Of a stretch of 64,000 bases of DNA, positions 11,551 through 23,349 are shown one piece after another. A model generated the notes under the pieces. The model saw nothing but the letters and a program-made list of their open reading frames with translations. It did no database searches and was not told the origin of the DNA. Position numbers and translations under genes: made by a program. How positions within the stretch are numbered: the first letter of the stretch is position 1; each line of letters opens with the position of its first letter. Origin of the DNA: Fimbriosthenelais zetlandica (taxonomy: Eukaryota); assembly GCA_977030845.1 (NCBI GenBank), contig OZ365118.1:20026001-20090000 (forward strand), given 5' to 3'.

Positions 11551-14500
11551 GCCCCCTGCCAGGCGGTTCACTTTTTGTATGGTAAATGGTAGAGATTATT
11601 ACACCTCTGTATACAGGGAGGGCCACATGCCAACCTTACCAATAACATGGTTCACAATCACAGGCCAATCAATGCTGGGCTGTAGTGGCTATAGTAAGAG
11701 TTCTACACGAGTTACACTGGAATCAGACCCGTGTGTGACAACTTAGCTACAGAAGGTGGGCCAAGTGCTCTTCTTTAATCAAGTATTTCTTATATTGCCA
11801 CCGGGTGGAATTTAACTATTTCTGAGCAGCAGATCATTACGATTATGAACGTGCATGATGCATGATTTGACAAATAAAGACGCATTTTAAATCTTGTTAA
11901 TTTGCTGTCTTGTCGTCACAGATACGGGGGTATCAGGTGTTTTTGAAATCAATTAAATTTAATAATGTCATGATTTGAAGAATTCAAGGGGCGCACAATT
12001 CACAATTCAAATCAACATTTTATGAGCAGCAATCAGTGGAGATGCTCACACTGAACACTGATGAAACATAAAACAGTCCTAGTGAATGTATGGAAACAAT
12101 CAGCAAGTGCAAAGACCAGATTACTAGGATAAATAGTGGGAGTAAATGTGTGAAATCAATGGCGACCCACAGACGCCCGGTGAAAACAATAGTCAATAGT
12201 GGCAGATACCTCAATTACCACCTCACTCACTTATTGGAGGCAAGATGGCGGAGTAAAGTATCTGTCATCTCATCAGACGTCTGGAAGCTGGCCAGGCTGG
12301 ACTTTATTTGTGTCATTTCCCTCAACTTGAGGCCATCTTCTGGTGGTGAGCTCAGGCAGAATCTGGCACTTGATACTAAGGCTGGGAACTGTCAGCACTG
12401 ACTGGGGGATGAACGGGGGTGGGGGTGTGTAAGTGGTAAAGTATAATACTGGGTAATAGAGTATAAAGGTACTTTGTATCAGTAGGTTCAGTAGGTTTGG
12501 GGTGGTAAGGCATTGGGAGATGCATTGCTTAACACCTAATACTGACTGATTTTCTGAACTAACTCACACATCCTAATGTAGGGTGAAAAGTGTGATAATG
12601 ATTAATGAAAAACAGAGCAGCAATGACTGGCGAGTTGATTGATTCAGTGATGGGTGAGCTGATGAGCAGTAATGTATGTATGGGCGAGCAGCTCAGGTAA
12701 AACAAGGACAGCCTGGATACAAGCTCCAGCCTCAATTAATGAGACAATGAGCTGGTGGGGAATAATGAGTAGAGACAATAATCATCTGAGAGGGGAAGGC
12801 TGGGGGAGGCTAGCACAGGCATGTATGTATATAATCACTGTACCTATAACTCATATAGGTCCCTGCTACCACTGTATTCAATCACACCTCATCACGAGGA
12901 CGTGATTAAATGAATGATGGTACAACACGACGCAGACACACTGGTGACTATCCATGATGAGGTAAAGGACCTCACATATTATACCATTCACCATACAGGA
13001 TAGACCACATGCCAGCCGTGTATCAGTTGTGTACCACAGGCTAATTATCCAAAATCTGGTACAGAATATAGCAGAGGAATAGAAGAGCCTTCAAACAGAC
13101 AGGTCTCAAGTCAGGTTTAATGTTTACTTCTGGGGAAACGTAAGCAAATGTTTAACTATACATCACTTCTTATGTGGATTTTCAGAGCAATTCGCTGGAA
13201 GGAAACATATGTGAAAACCTTAAAGACCCATAAGCCTGGCATATTACATGGTGAAGGATGATAGATAGGGACAGAGATTCTTGTTTTGTATACATGATGC
13301 ATTGGTTTATAGCTTGTAGCAGGTCCAGCAGGGAGGGTCATGGAGGAGTGCATGCTCCATGCCGCATCACACACTTTAGGTGCTAGCCCACGTGTAGGGA
13401 TACCACCGACTGAGAACTATTTTTATCTTATATAAATAGGTCAAACCACTCCACAGACAAGCTGTGAACTGCCTTTATTTCCTCCTGCCACTATATGAGC
13501 TGAGTAAGAGAGAATATATAGTGTAAGTACATAGGTTCACAGGCAGCTTGGCAGAATGCCCATCTTTCTTACCTCTTTCCCAGCATGGTAATGATAACAG
13601 GTACTTCATTTTATTTGGGGCCGAGCTGCTCGAGTATGGGGGAAGAAACATGCAAATTACTCAGACTTGCTCAGAGTCAGCAATTTCTCAGAGCGAGAAT
13701 GAAACAAGGTGTTGGCGCACAATGACCTGCTCTCCTTACAGGACAGCAATTGTTCTAATAAATGCATCTCAACATATAATGGGAGAGATGGCTGGGCTTT
13801 GATATCCCAGTTAACAGCACTGGGGGGGAATGGTTTGTCTTGGATATCTCAGTTAGCATCAGTGGGTGGAGAAGGACTATCTCGGTTTTGGAGAATGCTT
13901 GCCAGAATAGAACAAGGGACCTCCCACATTGAGTCTTAACGGGTATTCTTGCAGGAATAGCGAGTAGCTCTAGAGGGTTGGGTCAGGGTTAACATCATTA
14001 TCTGCCTCACTGAGCGAGAAGCTCCAAACGTCCACTCAGCAACTTTTCATCTACCTCGAGATGAGATCTGCTTCTCTTGACCACCATTAGGGTACTGTGG
14101 GTCTCAATATTAATAATATATGTATGAGGTCTTATGGCTGGAGGCTAGAGGTCAACAAGGCCAAATACTGGACATGAGCCCAGCGAGAGATCAATTAATT
14201 AGGTTAGCAGGAGTGATTGGCATAGGTCATCGCCCTTCTCCTGCGTCGAGGCTTGGTCATCTCTTAGATGAGTTAGAGTGTGTTAACAGACCAAATTTGT
14301 TCATTGCCTCATCAACAACTAATTTCAACCAATATTGGTTTTTAAGATGTGGCATGTTCCCAATTAATAAACGGGAGTCTGAATTGTCTCATGGCTGTAT
14401 TCTTTGGCCTAATTTGAAATGTAGCCTGGAGACACACATCCTGAGAGGGATGTCATTTCACATCTAGTCTCCACTCTCTATATTAGGTGGTGAGAGGCTA

Positions 14501-15289
14501 AGCGTTTAAAGTCTGAAGCTCTTTATATATAGCTGGGGGTAATCTTGCTCTGTCATGATTTATCTATTTCTGTACTGGCGGCTAGCCTTTGATGTTGCCT
14601 ATTATGTCAATAACGTAGCGTCACTTGATCGCTCTGCTGGCTGTACCAGGCATTCCCGTGCCTCACAGAGACATGTACAGCCTTCTATAAGACCGCTCAA
14701 CTCACCGAAAACATCAAGTACTTTACAAGTGGCTCACTCCTCTCACACCAGGATATATGGCCTAATAATTCACATTCATCTTATTCATGACTGAAATTTA
14801 TTCTAAGAGGATTTTCAATATATTGGCTAAGGCTGTATAGGCTAACGGAAGCCATATATATTCTCAAATTTATTTGTAACATTTGGTCTGCAGAGGGAAA
14901 GGTCTGGAATGGGAGAAGGAGAAAGTGGGGAGATGACCATCTGTTGTATGTTGTGGTTAGAAAAAGCACTTTCACCTTGAAGGGGAGCACAAAGTTTATG
15001 CATCTCATATAATGGAGGATAACAGTAAGTGTATGTAACTAAATGGCAATCAATTAAACCAATCATTTATTAAATCAATCAATTAATCATTCAAATGAAG
15101 CTGGTAGCATGGTCTGGGATGATTGCCCTATTCTTGTGAGCTGGTAAGTGTAATGTCTGGTGATGATATAGAATGGGTAAGAATCATAGGGAGAGAGCTG
15201 CATTCTCACTGACTTAATAAAAAGTTGAGTTAGTCTTGGGAGGAGGAGGAAGGGGACCGACCACCCACAGGATGTGCAAGCCATGCCTC

Positions 15290-15674
15290 AAAACGCGAGT
15301 CAATATTGATCTCGGCATAAGAACATTGCCTTCCCCTTCCATACATTAATGCTGGAATCTGCGGCGAATCATCCAGGGGAAAATAGGTGCCACAACACTG
15401 AGTATTACGACCGGCACGCCAGCCCATATGGCCAACACTGAAGGGCAAAGGTTCCACCAAAACTACGTTGTGATACCTAACGCGAAACAGGTGTAGCTAG
15501 ATGAGAAAATGGGCCAATCAGGCACGTGCACGGCTAATCACGTGACACGCTTTCCACCAATCAACTCTCACTAGTGGTTCTCTTAGTGTTTCAACTATGC
15601 GAGAATCTCCATTTCCGGATGAAAAAAAAATCTTATGTGTGTTTTGACCTCACATAGAGATGGCATTGGTAAGT
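15290..15674 (+). promoter_or_regulatory. CpG-rich promoter-like block (2 CCAAT, 2 CACGTG, 1 ETS) followed by ATG and a consensus donor
   Basis: CCAAT at 15514 and 15557, CACGTG at 15523 and 15539, TTCCGG at 15613, gagATGG at 15660, TTG|GTAAGT at 15668/15669. Could instead be a TE interior. Confidence 0.35.
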
Positions 15675-17136
15675 TTGCCGGTGGTGGTGGGCCTGCCTAA
15701 TTGGAATGCTGAGGTTGCAGGGCCAGCGTGGCCTGTCTATGGAGGCTGATTTGTTTGCCTGTGGAGCTGGGAAGCAGGCTAATTACCCCTGATAAAGTGA
15801 CATGGCTCCCCCCCCCCCTTGTCCGTGAATTGGTGCGATTCTCAGTTAAATCTAGGCCAGGCATCAGAGACAAGCCAAGTGCCTGGACCGGATTATTTTT
15901 CTTCATATTCAGGATGTTTAAATACAATATTCCGAATGCAATACATCACATCAATATATGGATTTAAAATCACTTTTTAAAATCATTTCAAAGTGCATTG
16001 AATACATGCTAAATGTGAACAAAGATATGACAGGCTTGTGATGTTCTTTCATATCCAGTATGGACACCCCTTCCACCTCTTCCCCCTGCTCAGCAGTGGA
16101 GGAAGCAATTGGCCAGCCTCTGAGCAGCAGGCTTGTTTTATTGCACGCCTCTGATCCCGCCTCCCCCCAGCTTCTCCACATCCATCTAAATCCTGCCTTT
16201 TATGTATAAGCAAAGTACACAATTGCCCCCGGTCCACAGTAAACATGATAGTCCCCAAAATAGGACTAAAGCCTTGAGACAAGGCAATGTTGTTAGAGGA
16301 GCCACGTTATGTACTTGTAAATATCTACTCCTGCCTCCTCCAGTACCGGGTATAGCATCTCAAGTCATTCAGTTCATTAAAGGTCAAACGCCCGACCACA
16401 TATATAACGAGAAAGAAAACTTTTGTTCTCTTCTCTTTGATAAACAAAAGGCGTTTCCTTCACTATAAGACAAGTACAGTGGGTGGACTCCTGTCATTCT
16501 ATAAATATAAACTGGTGTCGTTTGTTATGAGTATATCTAAATAAAACGATCACTCAATCAAATTAATCATTCTCTATATCTACATCCATCTTATTCTTCA
16601 TGCTCTTTCCCTCTCAATCTCTCTCCTCCCTCTAGTTCTCTGACTGTCCCACCCTATCCGTTGTCTATATTCCTTCCTCCTCTCCCTCAGACTTAACCTA
16701 CTGACCTAGTGACATGAAGGTCCAAAAATAAATATTTTGGCCACCCCTCCTTTTCCACCGAGGCCTATTTTACTTTGTTTCTCACCCAATATTAGGCAAT
16801 AAGATGCGAACAGGGATTCTACCTTTGACTTAATTAATTTGCTTTCTACATTAAAGATTTCATAGCATGCTTATTAATATTAGTTTTGAAGTCGTTCTCT
16901 CTGTTCCCTCTCCCTCCCCTTCCTTTGGCCTACTTATTTAGATATATTTTATAGACTAGGTTCTGCTTGACCCACAGTTTTTTTTACCACCAGCTAGTCT
17001 AGTAATGACCTAGTGCTATTTGCGCGACCTGACGTCCTTAGCAACACGTCGTGTTGCCAAGTGAAATACGTCGCGCGTCGCCAGTCTAGATCACAGGTCA
17101 CGGAATGTAGGTCGTGGAGAAGTGGCATGACTACTA

Positions 17137-17193
17137 AATAATATAATATAATATAATATAATATAATATAATATAATATAATATAATATAATA
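17137..17193. repeat. Pentanucleotide microsatellite (ATATA)n, ~11 copies
   Basis: Pure run at 17151-17190 with degenerate edges. Confidence 0.95.
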
Positions 17194-18427
17194 CGCTTTG
17201 AGGAGATGCATTTAATTTAGATATGTAGGGGCCTAATAAAGTATTTTTTTGTATTTCAGGCATTTTATTTATAGATATATTATAGAGTATTTTTTTTATA
17301 TTTCTGGCATTTAATTTACAGATCATTCTTCATAGTCTTTACATCCAAATCTCCCTCTCCTCTCACTAGTTCTCTAACTATTTCACTCTCACTAGTTCTC
17401 TCACTATCTCACCGTCTCGTTCTCTATATTCCTTCCTCCTCTCCCTCATAAAATGAAAACCAAGTTCACATGCAAAGGTAACTTCATTGCAAGACAAATA
17501 TTGCATTTGCGTGTATTCACCACAGATCGCGACCTGTATGATGAGCTGACTCTGTGGCCACATTGCCTCAGCTTTTCCTCACTATTTCAACCATCGTCTC
17601 TGGGCCTCTAATTGGCTGTCTGATGCTCTGAGGGGGTCAGTATCATAAGATGCTATGGCGTTTATAACTCAGAGAATCGATCATTTAGTTGCCCTAACAC
17701 ATGACACAATTCAAGGTCAAATTTCAACTCAAAATATGTGACACAATTGCTAAAACATATCATGACATGTAGAGGAGATATCTGACAACAGGAAAAATAC
17801 AAAATGGCGGTTGAAATATTGTAGATTTTGGTGAGACGTGCCCCAGGGCTGGTGGCCCCTGAAAGGAGGAGGGACAAGAGGCTATTGGAAGCCGGTGCCT
17901 GCCTCCCGCCTGTCAACATCTTCTATGTTCTAACGACTTTAGGCAGACTGCCTGTGACGTAGGCAGCTGGAACCATGGTGACAGCTTAGCAACAAAATCA
18001 CCAGCCATTGTTAGCGGTTTGAAGAAGAGCTGGGAGCAATGGAGGGAGAGGGAATCTCATGAAACAATGCAATCCCAGCCATTCATCCAGTACACATAGA
18101 CTTCATTTCATTGCATTCTTTCTAGAATGCACTCCTTCCAAAAAGGCCCCCAATAATTATGCGACATTGAACAGCAATATTCTTATCTAAAAGGCATTCA
18201 TTCTGCTGATAATGTTTAACTTAATTGTCCATTACTGAATATTGACCTAGATTGTCACACGTAAGACGAGACTTACTGGTTGGAAGGTTGATTGGTGGGG
18301 GGAAGAATGTGTGCCAGAACAAATGAAAAATATATGTCAGAGAGAATGCAATTAGACTAAGAGAAGATTGATAGTCATAGGAAGATATGATTGATTGATG
18401 ATCAGTAATATATCACTCTAGCATTAA

Positions 18428-18462
18428 CACTAATGTTTTTTCTCTTGTCTTTTCAGGTGTGT
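18428..18462 (+). other. Strong orphan 3' splice site immediately followed by GT (candidate recursive splice site or cryptic exon start)
   Basis: CACTAAT branch-like motif, then gttttttctcttgtcttttcag|GTGTGT, with the junction at 18456/18457. Confidence 0.4.
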
Positions 18463-21400
18463 ACCCTTCATTTCCTCCATGGTGGTAGTATGACTTATTA
18501 TTGTGGCGTGCCATATTTTCAACTAAATGATGCGATGGCAAAGATTTCAATATCTTAAATCAATGAGACCCTTAGAGAAAGCAGAGTTGTATAAGAGTGG
18601 GATAGGGTGATGGGTGGGGGAGGACAGTTATGGGTAACTCTGTACTGTCAGATGTTAGCTGTCAGATATCATATGGTAGCAGCAATGTCCCCCATCAGCT
18701 GCACGAAGCCACAATTCGTCACATCTCATTTAAGGCTGAGATGGAGATAGTGTATTGGTGAGGGATGGGTGGCTATCACATGTCTTTTCTTGCCTTCATT
18801 AGGTGCTCTGACCCCAGTCGTACTGTCATCACGTGAGACTGGCAAACACAGGGACATTAAATATTTACATCAGACTGTCCTAGTTAAAGCCCACCGTGTC
18901 TCTTCTTCATCTCTTTCTACTTGCCTATCTGTCTTGCAGTTCCCTTGTCTATCTTTCTTGCCTCTCCCTTCTACATCTCTCTTCCCTCTCCCTTCTCTAT
19001 CTTTAATTTCTATTATCTATCTCTCTTTTACCTAGCACAATCACTTTCTCAGTCCTATCCCTAGTTCTCTCCATCCCTGTGGTTCTCTTCTCCTATATTC
19101 CATTTCTATAATTCTGCCCACCCTTCTCTGTCCCCATCTCTCACGAGGACAAGTAAGAACTGTCTATTTCAAGTTAAGCAGAGATATAATGTAGCCAGAC
19201 CATGGTTATATTCGCCCTTCCCCCGGGTCCATGCATCAGTAATGTGTGTTATTGTAGGTAGAGTTTAGCCTATCAATAGATATCAGTCCCAATTCTACCC
19301 AAACGCTATAACAACTACAATAGCAATGGCAAAAAATGCCAACCTTTCAGCAATGACAGCCAGTGGTAAAAAGCTGCATGCAAACTGGCAATTGCACATC
19401 TATATTTTGCCATAAAAGATGAAGGTCATATCTCAGCTGCCAATAGATGACCAAAGTCAGAGAGCCGCTATCTGCAGCCAATCAGAGATCGATATGAGAG
19501 GCAATATGTAATGTTCATATTACCCACGTGCGGTCAGGCATGCCAATAGTAGGTATTATAGATGGGTGGCCGACTGACCGATGGATGGCTGGCATTATGC
19601 AACTACGTCACCCCTCAAGGCATGGTGCCTTCTTTATTCCCCATTCACGATCATCATCCCGGGGATCAATGCAGGTTACAAAACATTGGTCATTTTCCCT
19701 TCACATCAGAATGGATGGCACAGCTTATTTCTGGTTGGCTAGTGGGCCCACCTCCAATTTAAGAAGCATTCAGTAATTGGTCCCACGGGAAGGCCTGCCA
19801 AGGTCAAGGCCATGGTGGGACGCTGGTGTGACGTCAGCATTTTGTCGATATTTGAAGGGGGCTTGATGAAATGGAAGGAGGCATGAAGGCGATCATCACC
19901 TATAGCTCTCAATGTGGCTCAACATACAGTGGTAAAAAGGTGGCGAGGAGGAGAGGCCCTATACGGGCACGATTGTTGTGCCTTATGTATGTCAGATATT
20001 GTCTGTAATACTGAGCTAACCTGGGATACATTTTCACCAGTCCCTCTCACAGAAATACACAGAAATACTAGTTAACCCTAGTCTATTCCTGTACCTCCAT
20101 CCTGCCCTTTGCTAAATATATTTTAGTTATGATTACAAATATTACTGCCTAATTTAACTGAACAGTCTAGAGTAGATTATCACAGCAAATCATGAAATGG
20201 TATGTTGGATGTGACTTCCATACTTTCATTTTAAGTGCATTGAGATATTTGATGGATATATATACGTGTATAAGGCTGTAATCCCACCATACAGTGAGGG
20301 TGTGTAGCTGTGTTTTGTACAGGATACAGTGATGGGTATTAAGCCTACTTGTTATTCTCCTTCAGGTTTTCTCTAAGCTTCCCGGATCTTGTCCACTCAC
20401 GGAGCCTGCATACTAATCCCGTCTCCAGCTCATGTGTCATAATTCCATCTTGAGCTGCTCTCTATAATCAACTCATACTAACTTACAGCTACATGCTTAT
20501 TACATATAAACCACTCATCGTGGAGTGTGGTTTTACCCTCACACAGATCTATGATCCACAGTGAACAGGGTAGGAGGTAATTTCCTAAATGGAAATGTCT
20601 TTTCTTGCTGGAGGAATAGTAACCGGGATTAGGAACACTATTTCAAATCATTCTTCATTTTGATGAGCAGATCCTACAATCATATATCTCATTCCCAATT
20701 CATAAACAAGACCACAAATTGATTAAAATCTAATAATAGTACCTCCTTTGTATTCTTGAGATGTATTTGCTTACATAATGAAATTCAGCATATAAGACAA
20801 GAATAATAGGAGCAACAAGCTATACAATAAATGCCCTTGGAAGGACAGTATGATTATCCTAAAAGGAAGCACTGATGTAAGAATGCAAACAGGGGTAAAT
20901 AGGGAAGGTACTGTTTGGCTTTCTGGTCTTGAATCATACTATAAAGTAGATGAGAATGTGAAGTGGGCAGTAGCAGGGTAAAGGGACAGTTCCGTATAGC
21001 ATTGACAGTCACACTGGGCCTAATAACACCCCCCATCAACCCCTCTTTATGTGAAGGATGTAGACAGCCATTGACGATGCAATGAGAGTCACATGTAATA
21101 GGCTGTGAGCTCCTCACTACTTTTATACATTTGAGTGTCCGGCAGAGAGTCCGTGATCCAAGAAGAGCACGTAAAGAAATAGTCATGATTGACATGAGGT
21201 GTGGGGGTGGAGGAGGGTGGAGTGAGTCAGTGTATAGGGTGGTGGGTGGAGGTGTGGGAGTATACATAGACTGACACTTTAACCACCAGTATAAAGGCCT
21301 GTAAGGGCTGGGGGTGAATCTACAGATTAGGTAGAGAGCTTTTTTTGGTGCGGAGGAGCAGGATGTAGAGGAGGGCGAGATCCTGGAGGGTGAAATAAGC

Positions 21401-23304
21401 ATCAAGTACTGGAGGCTGGGTGAAGGACATCACCCCAGAGAGGTGTAGGGTAGAGTAGTGGGTTGGTAGCCTCTACTCTCTCACTGGGGTCATTCAGTCT
21501 ACAACAATTTACATTCAAACTACCAGCCATTTGGGTGCACAGAGGTTAGCCCTTGATTAAAGCCCCATTTGTTCCCCGATCAGTGGGCCTCCTAAAGCTA
21601 CAGGGCTAATGCCTCTACCCTCATCTGAATTGCATGTATTACACATAGCAGATTTACCCATTAGCTCACAGGATCCATCTACATATCCCTCCTATATATA
21701 TTCTAATCACTAATGCAAAAAAAAAACGGAAGAACTAAGTGTGTAGGCATCTCCCATATCTCTATGGTTCGGGTTAACAATAAGCAAGGCGAGTAAAGTG
21801 ATGTAAGATCTACTGTCTTTGTAGTAAGCAACAATTGGTATGAATCATAAAGTAAGCAGGACATTGTCCCATGCCTGTTACCAAGTACCCCTGCTTTATA
21901 GTGTGTACTCCACCCACCTACAACAGTTTATAGGAGTGTCTCTCCTCCTTATCTTGGGAGCCATATGACACGGGGAGATCCCACACAGCCAGCCTATAGC
22001 TTATTTCTCATATAATCCACCGCCTTTTATCAATACTGTTTTTCTTTCACGGTAGCTTTCCCCACTAGCTTGGGCCAGCCCTCAGTGAGAGCTCCTCCCC
22101 CTCCTATACTCTCACAGAATGAGCTAACTCAATCATGAGCCGCTCTCAATGGGTCAGACCCGTCTAGTTTATACCTATAAAAGCTGCCTATATCATAACC
22201 AGGGGCGGGAAAGCCAGCAGCAAAGTCAAAGTCATCCCAGTAATTGTAGGCAGATCTTTATACATTCAGACTTTATATTTCCTCACCCATATGCTTCGTT
22301 ATTGCTCGTGTCTTTCATATATAAAGAGTTCAAAGTTTGAAGTAAATTGTGGATAATCTAGGGCATGGTTGTGGTGAGCATCATTTTCAGGCTTTAAACT
22401 ATTAATTGCTACAAGGCGAAAAGAACAAAGCCTTAAAACAAGAAGACGAAAAGAACAAAGCCACACTGTTGATGTAGCAACAAGGTTGTTGCCTTAGAGA
22501 GCATTCTGTGTGTAGTCACCAGTGTTCACCGTGTCAGAGTGGGCTATATTGACTCAGCGTGGCATTTAGGCCACAATTCTCTCACTCATCTTGCTTGCCT
22601 TTTCACACAGCCCCAATAACAGACTACCATAAGTGAAATTTGTATTTGTTGAGCGTATGGCTGGAAATAGACTAGAATGACATGCTTCCACAGCATGGCT
22701 GGCTGAGTAGGGGGATGGGAGGAGGGGGATGGGGATGGGAGGATGGGGGATGGGTGGAACCTTTGATCCTGACATATATGGTAATAGGAGACCATCGCTC
22801 AAGGAGCAATACAATTGTAGACTTCAAGGTCGATCTGCCAACAAGGGATAGAAGGGAACCAAAGAGGCAGTAGGAGGGAGAAGAATGCCATTTCCCACCG
22901 GTTTACTGGTAGAATTCGCTTCTGTCCCTGACCCAAATGTCGATCCTTGTAGCTTCACTTATTTCAGTGAAGTGTTCCAATCGAAATCCTAAACCTGGAT
23001 GAGCTGCTGGGTTCAGGGCCGGCTTGGCGATGGCCTTGAATATTGCCTGTCTGTCAAGCTGACAAAAGACAGGCTGGCCCCGGGGAATAGGCCGCCTCGC
23101 CCTGTATGGGGAGGACATGTATTGTAGTCATCTGAGACTGAGGTATTGAATGTGGCACTGGCTCAGGCTTTCTGTCATATTGTCCACTCTGGTGAATCTT
23201 GGCGATCAACATGCATAAATGTGTCAGTGGATTACACGATACCAGCCTACACAAGCCCCGTGATAAACCAACAATAAAGCCAGGCCTCCACTCATGGGAT
23301 AATG

Positions 23305-23349
23305 CTGCGACAATATACCATACTGCGACAATATACCATACTGCGACAA
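23305..23349. repeat. 18-bp tandem repeat x2.5 (CTGCGACAATATACCATA)
   Basis: Directly visible. Confidence 0.9.

Noticed and set aside
12284-12294. 11-nt match (GAAGCTGGCCA) complementary to exon 3, a possible editing complementary sequence
   Set aside because: Expected by chance in a window of this size, and the pairing does not extend.
21041-21110. PSLCEGCRQPLT...HVIGC resembling the C-terminal Cys motif of I-clade LINEs
   Set aside because: It has an internal stop and wrong spacing, and the upstream RIGH-type motif is absent. The overlapping 183-aa minus-strand ORF looks low-complexity.
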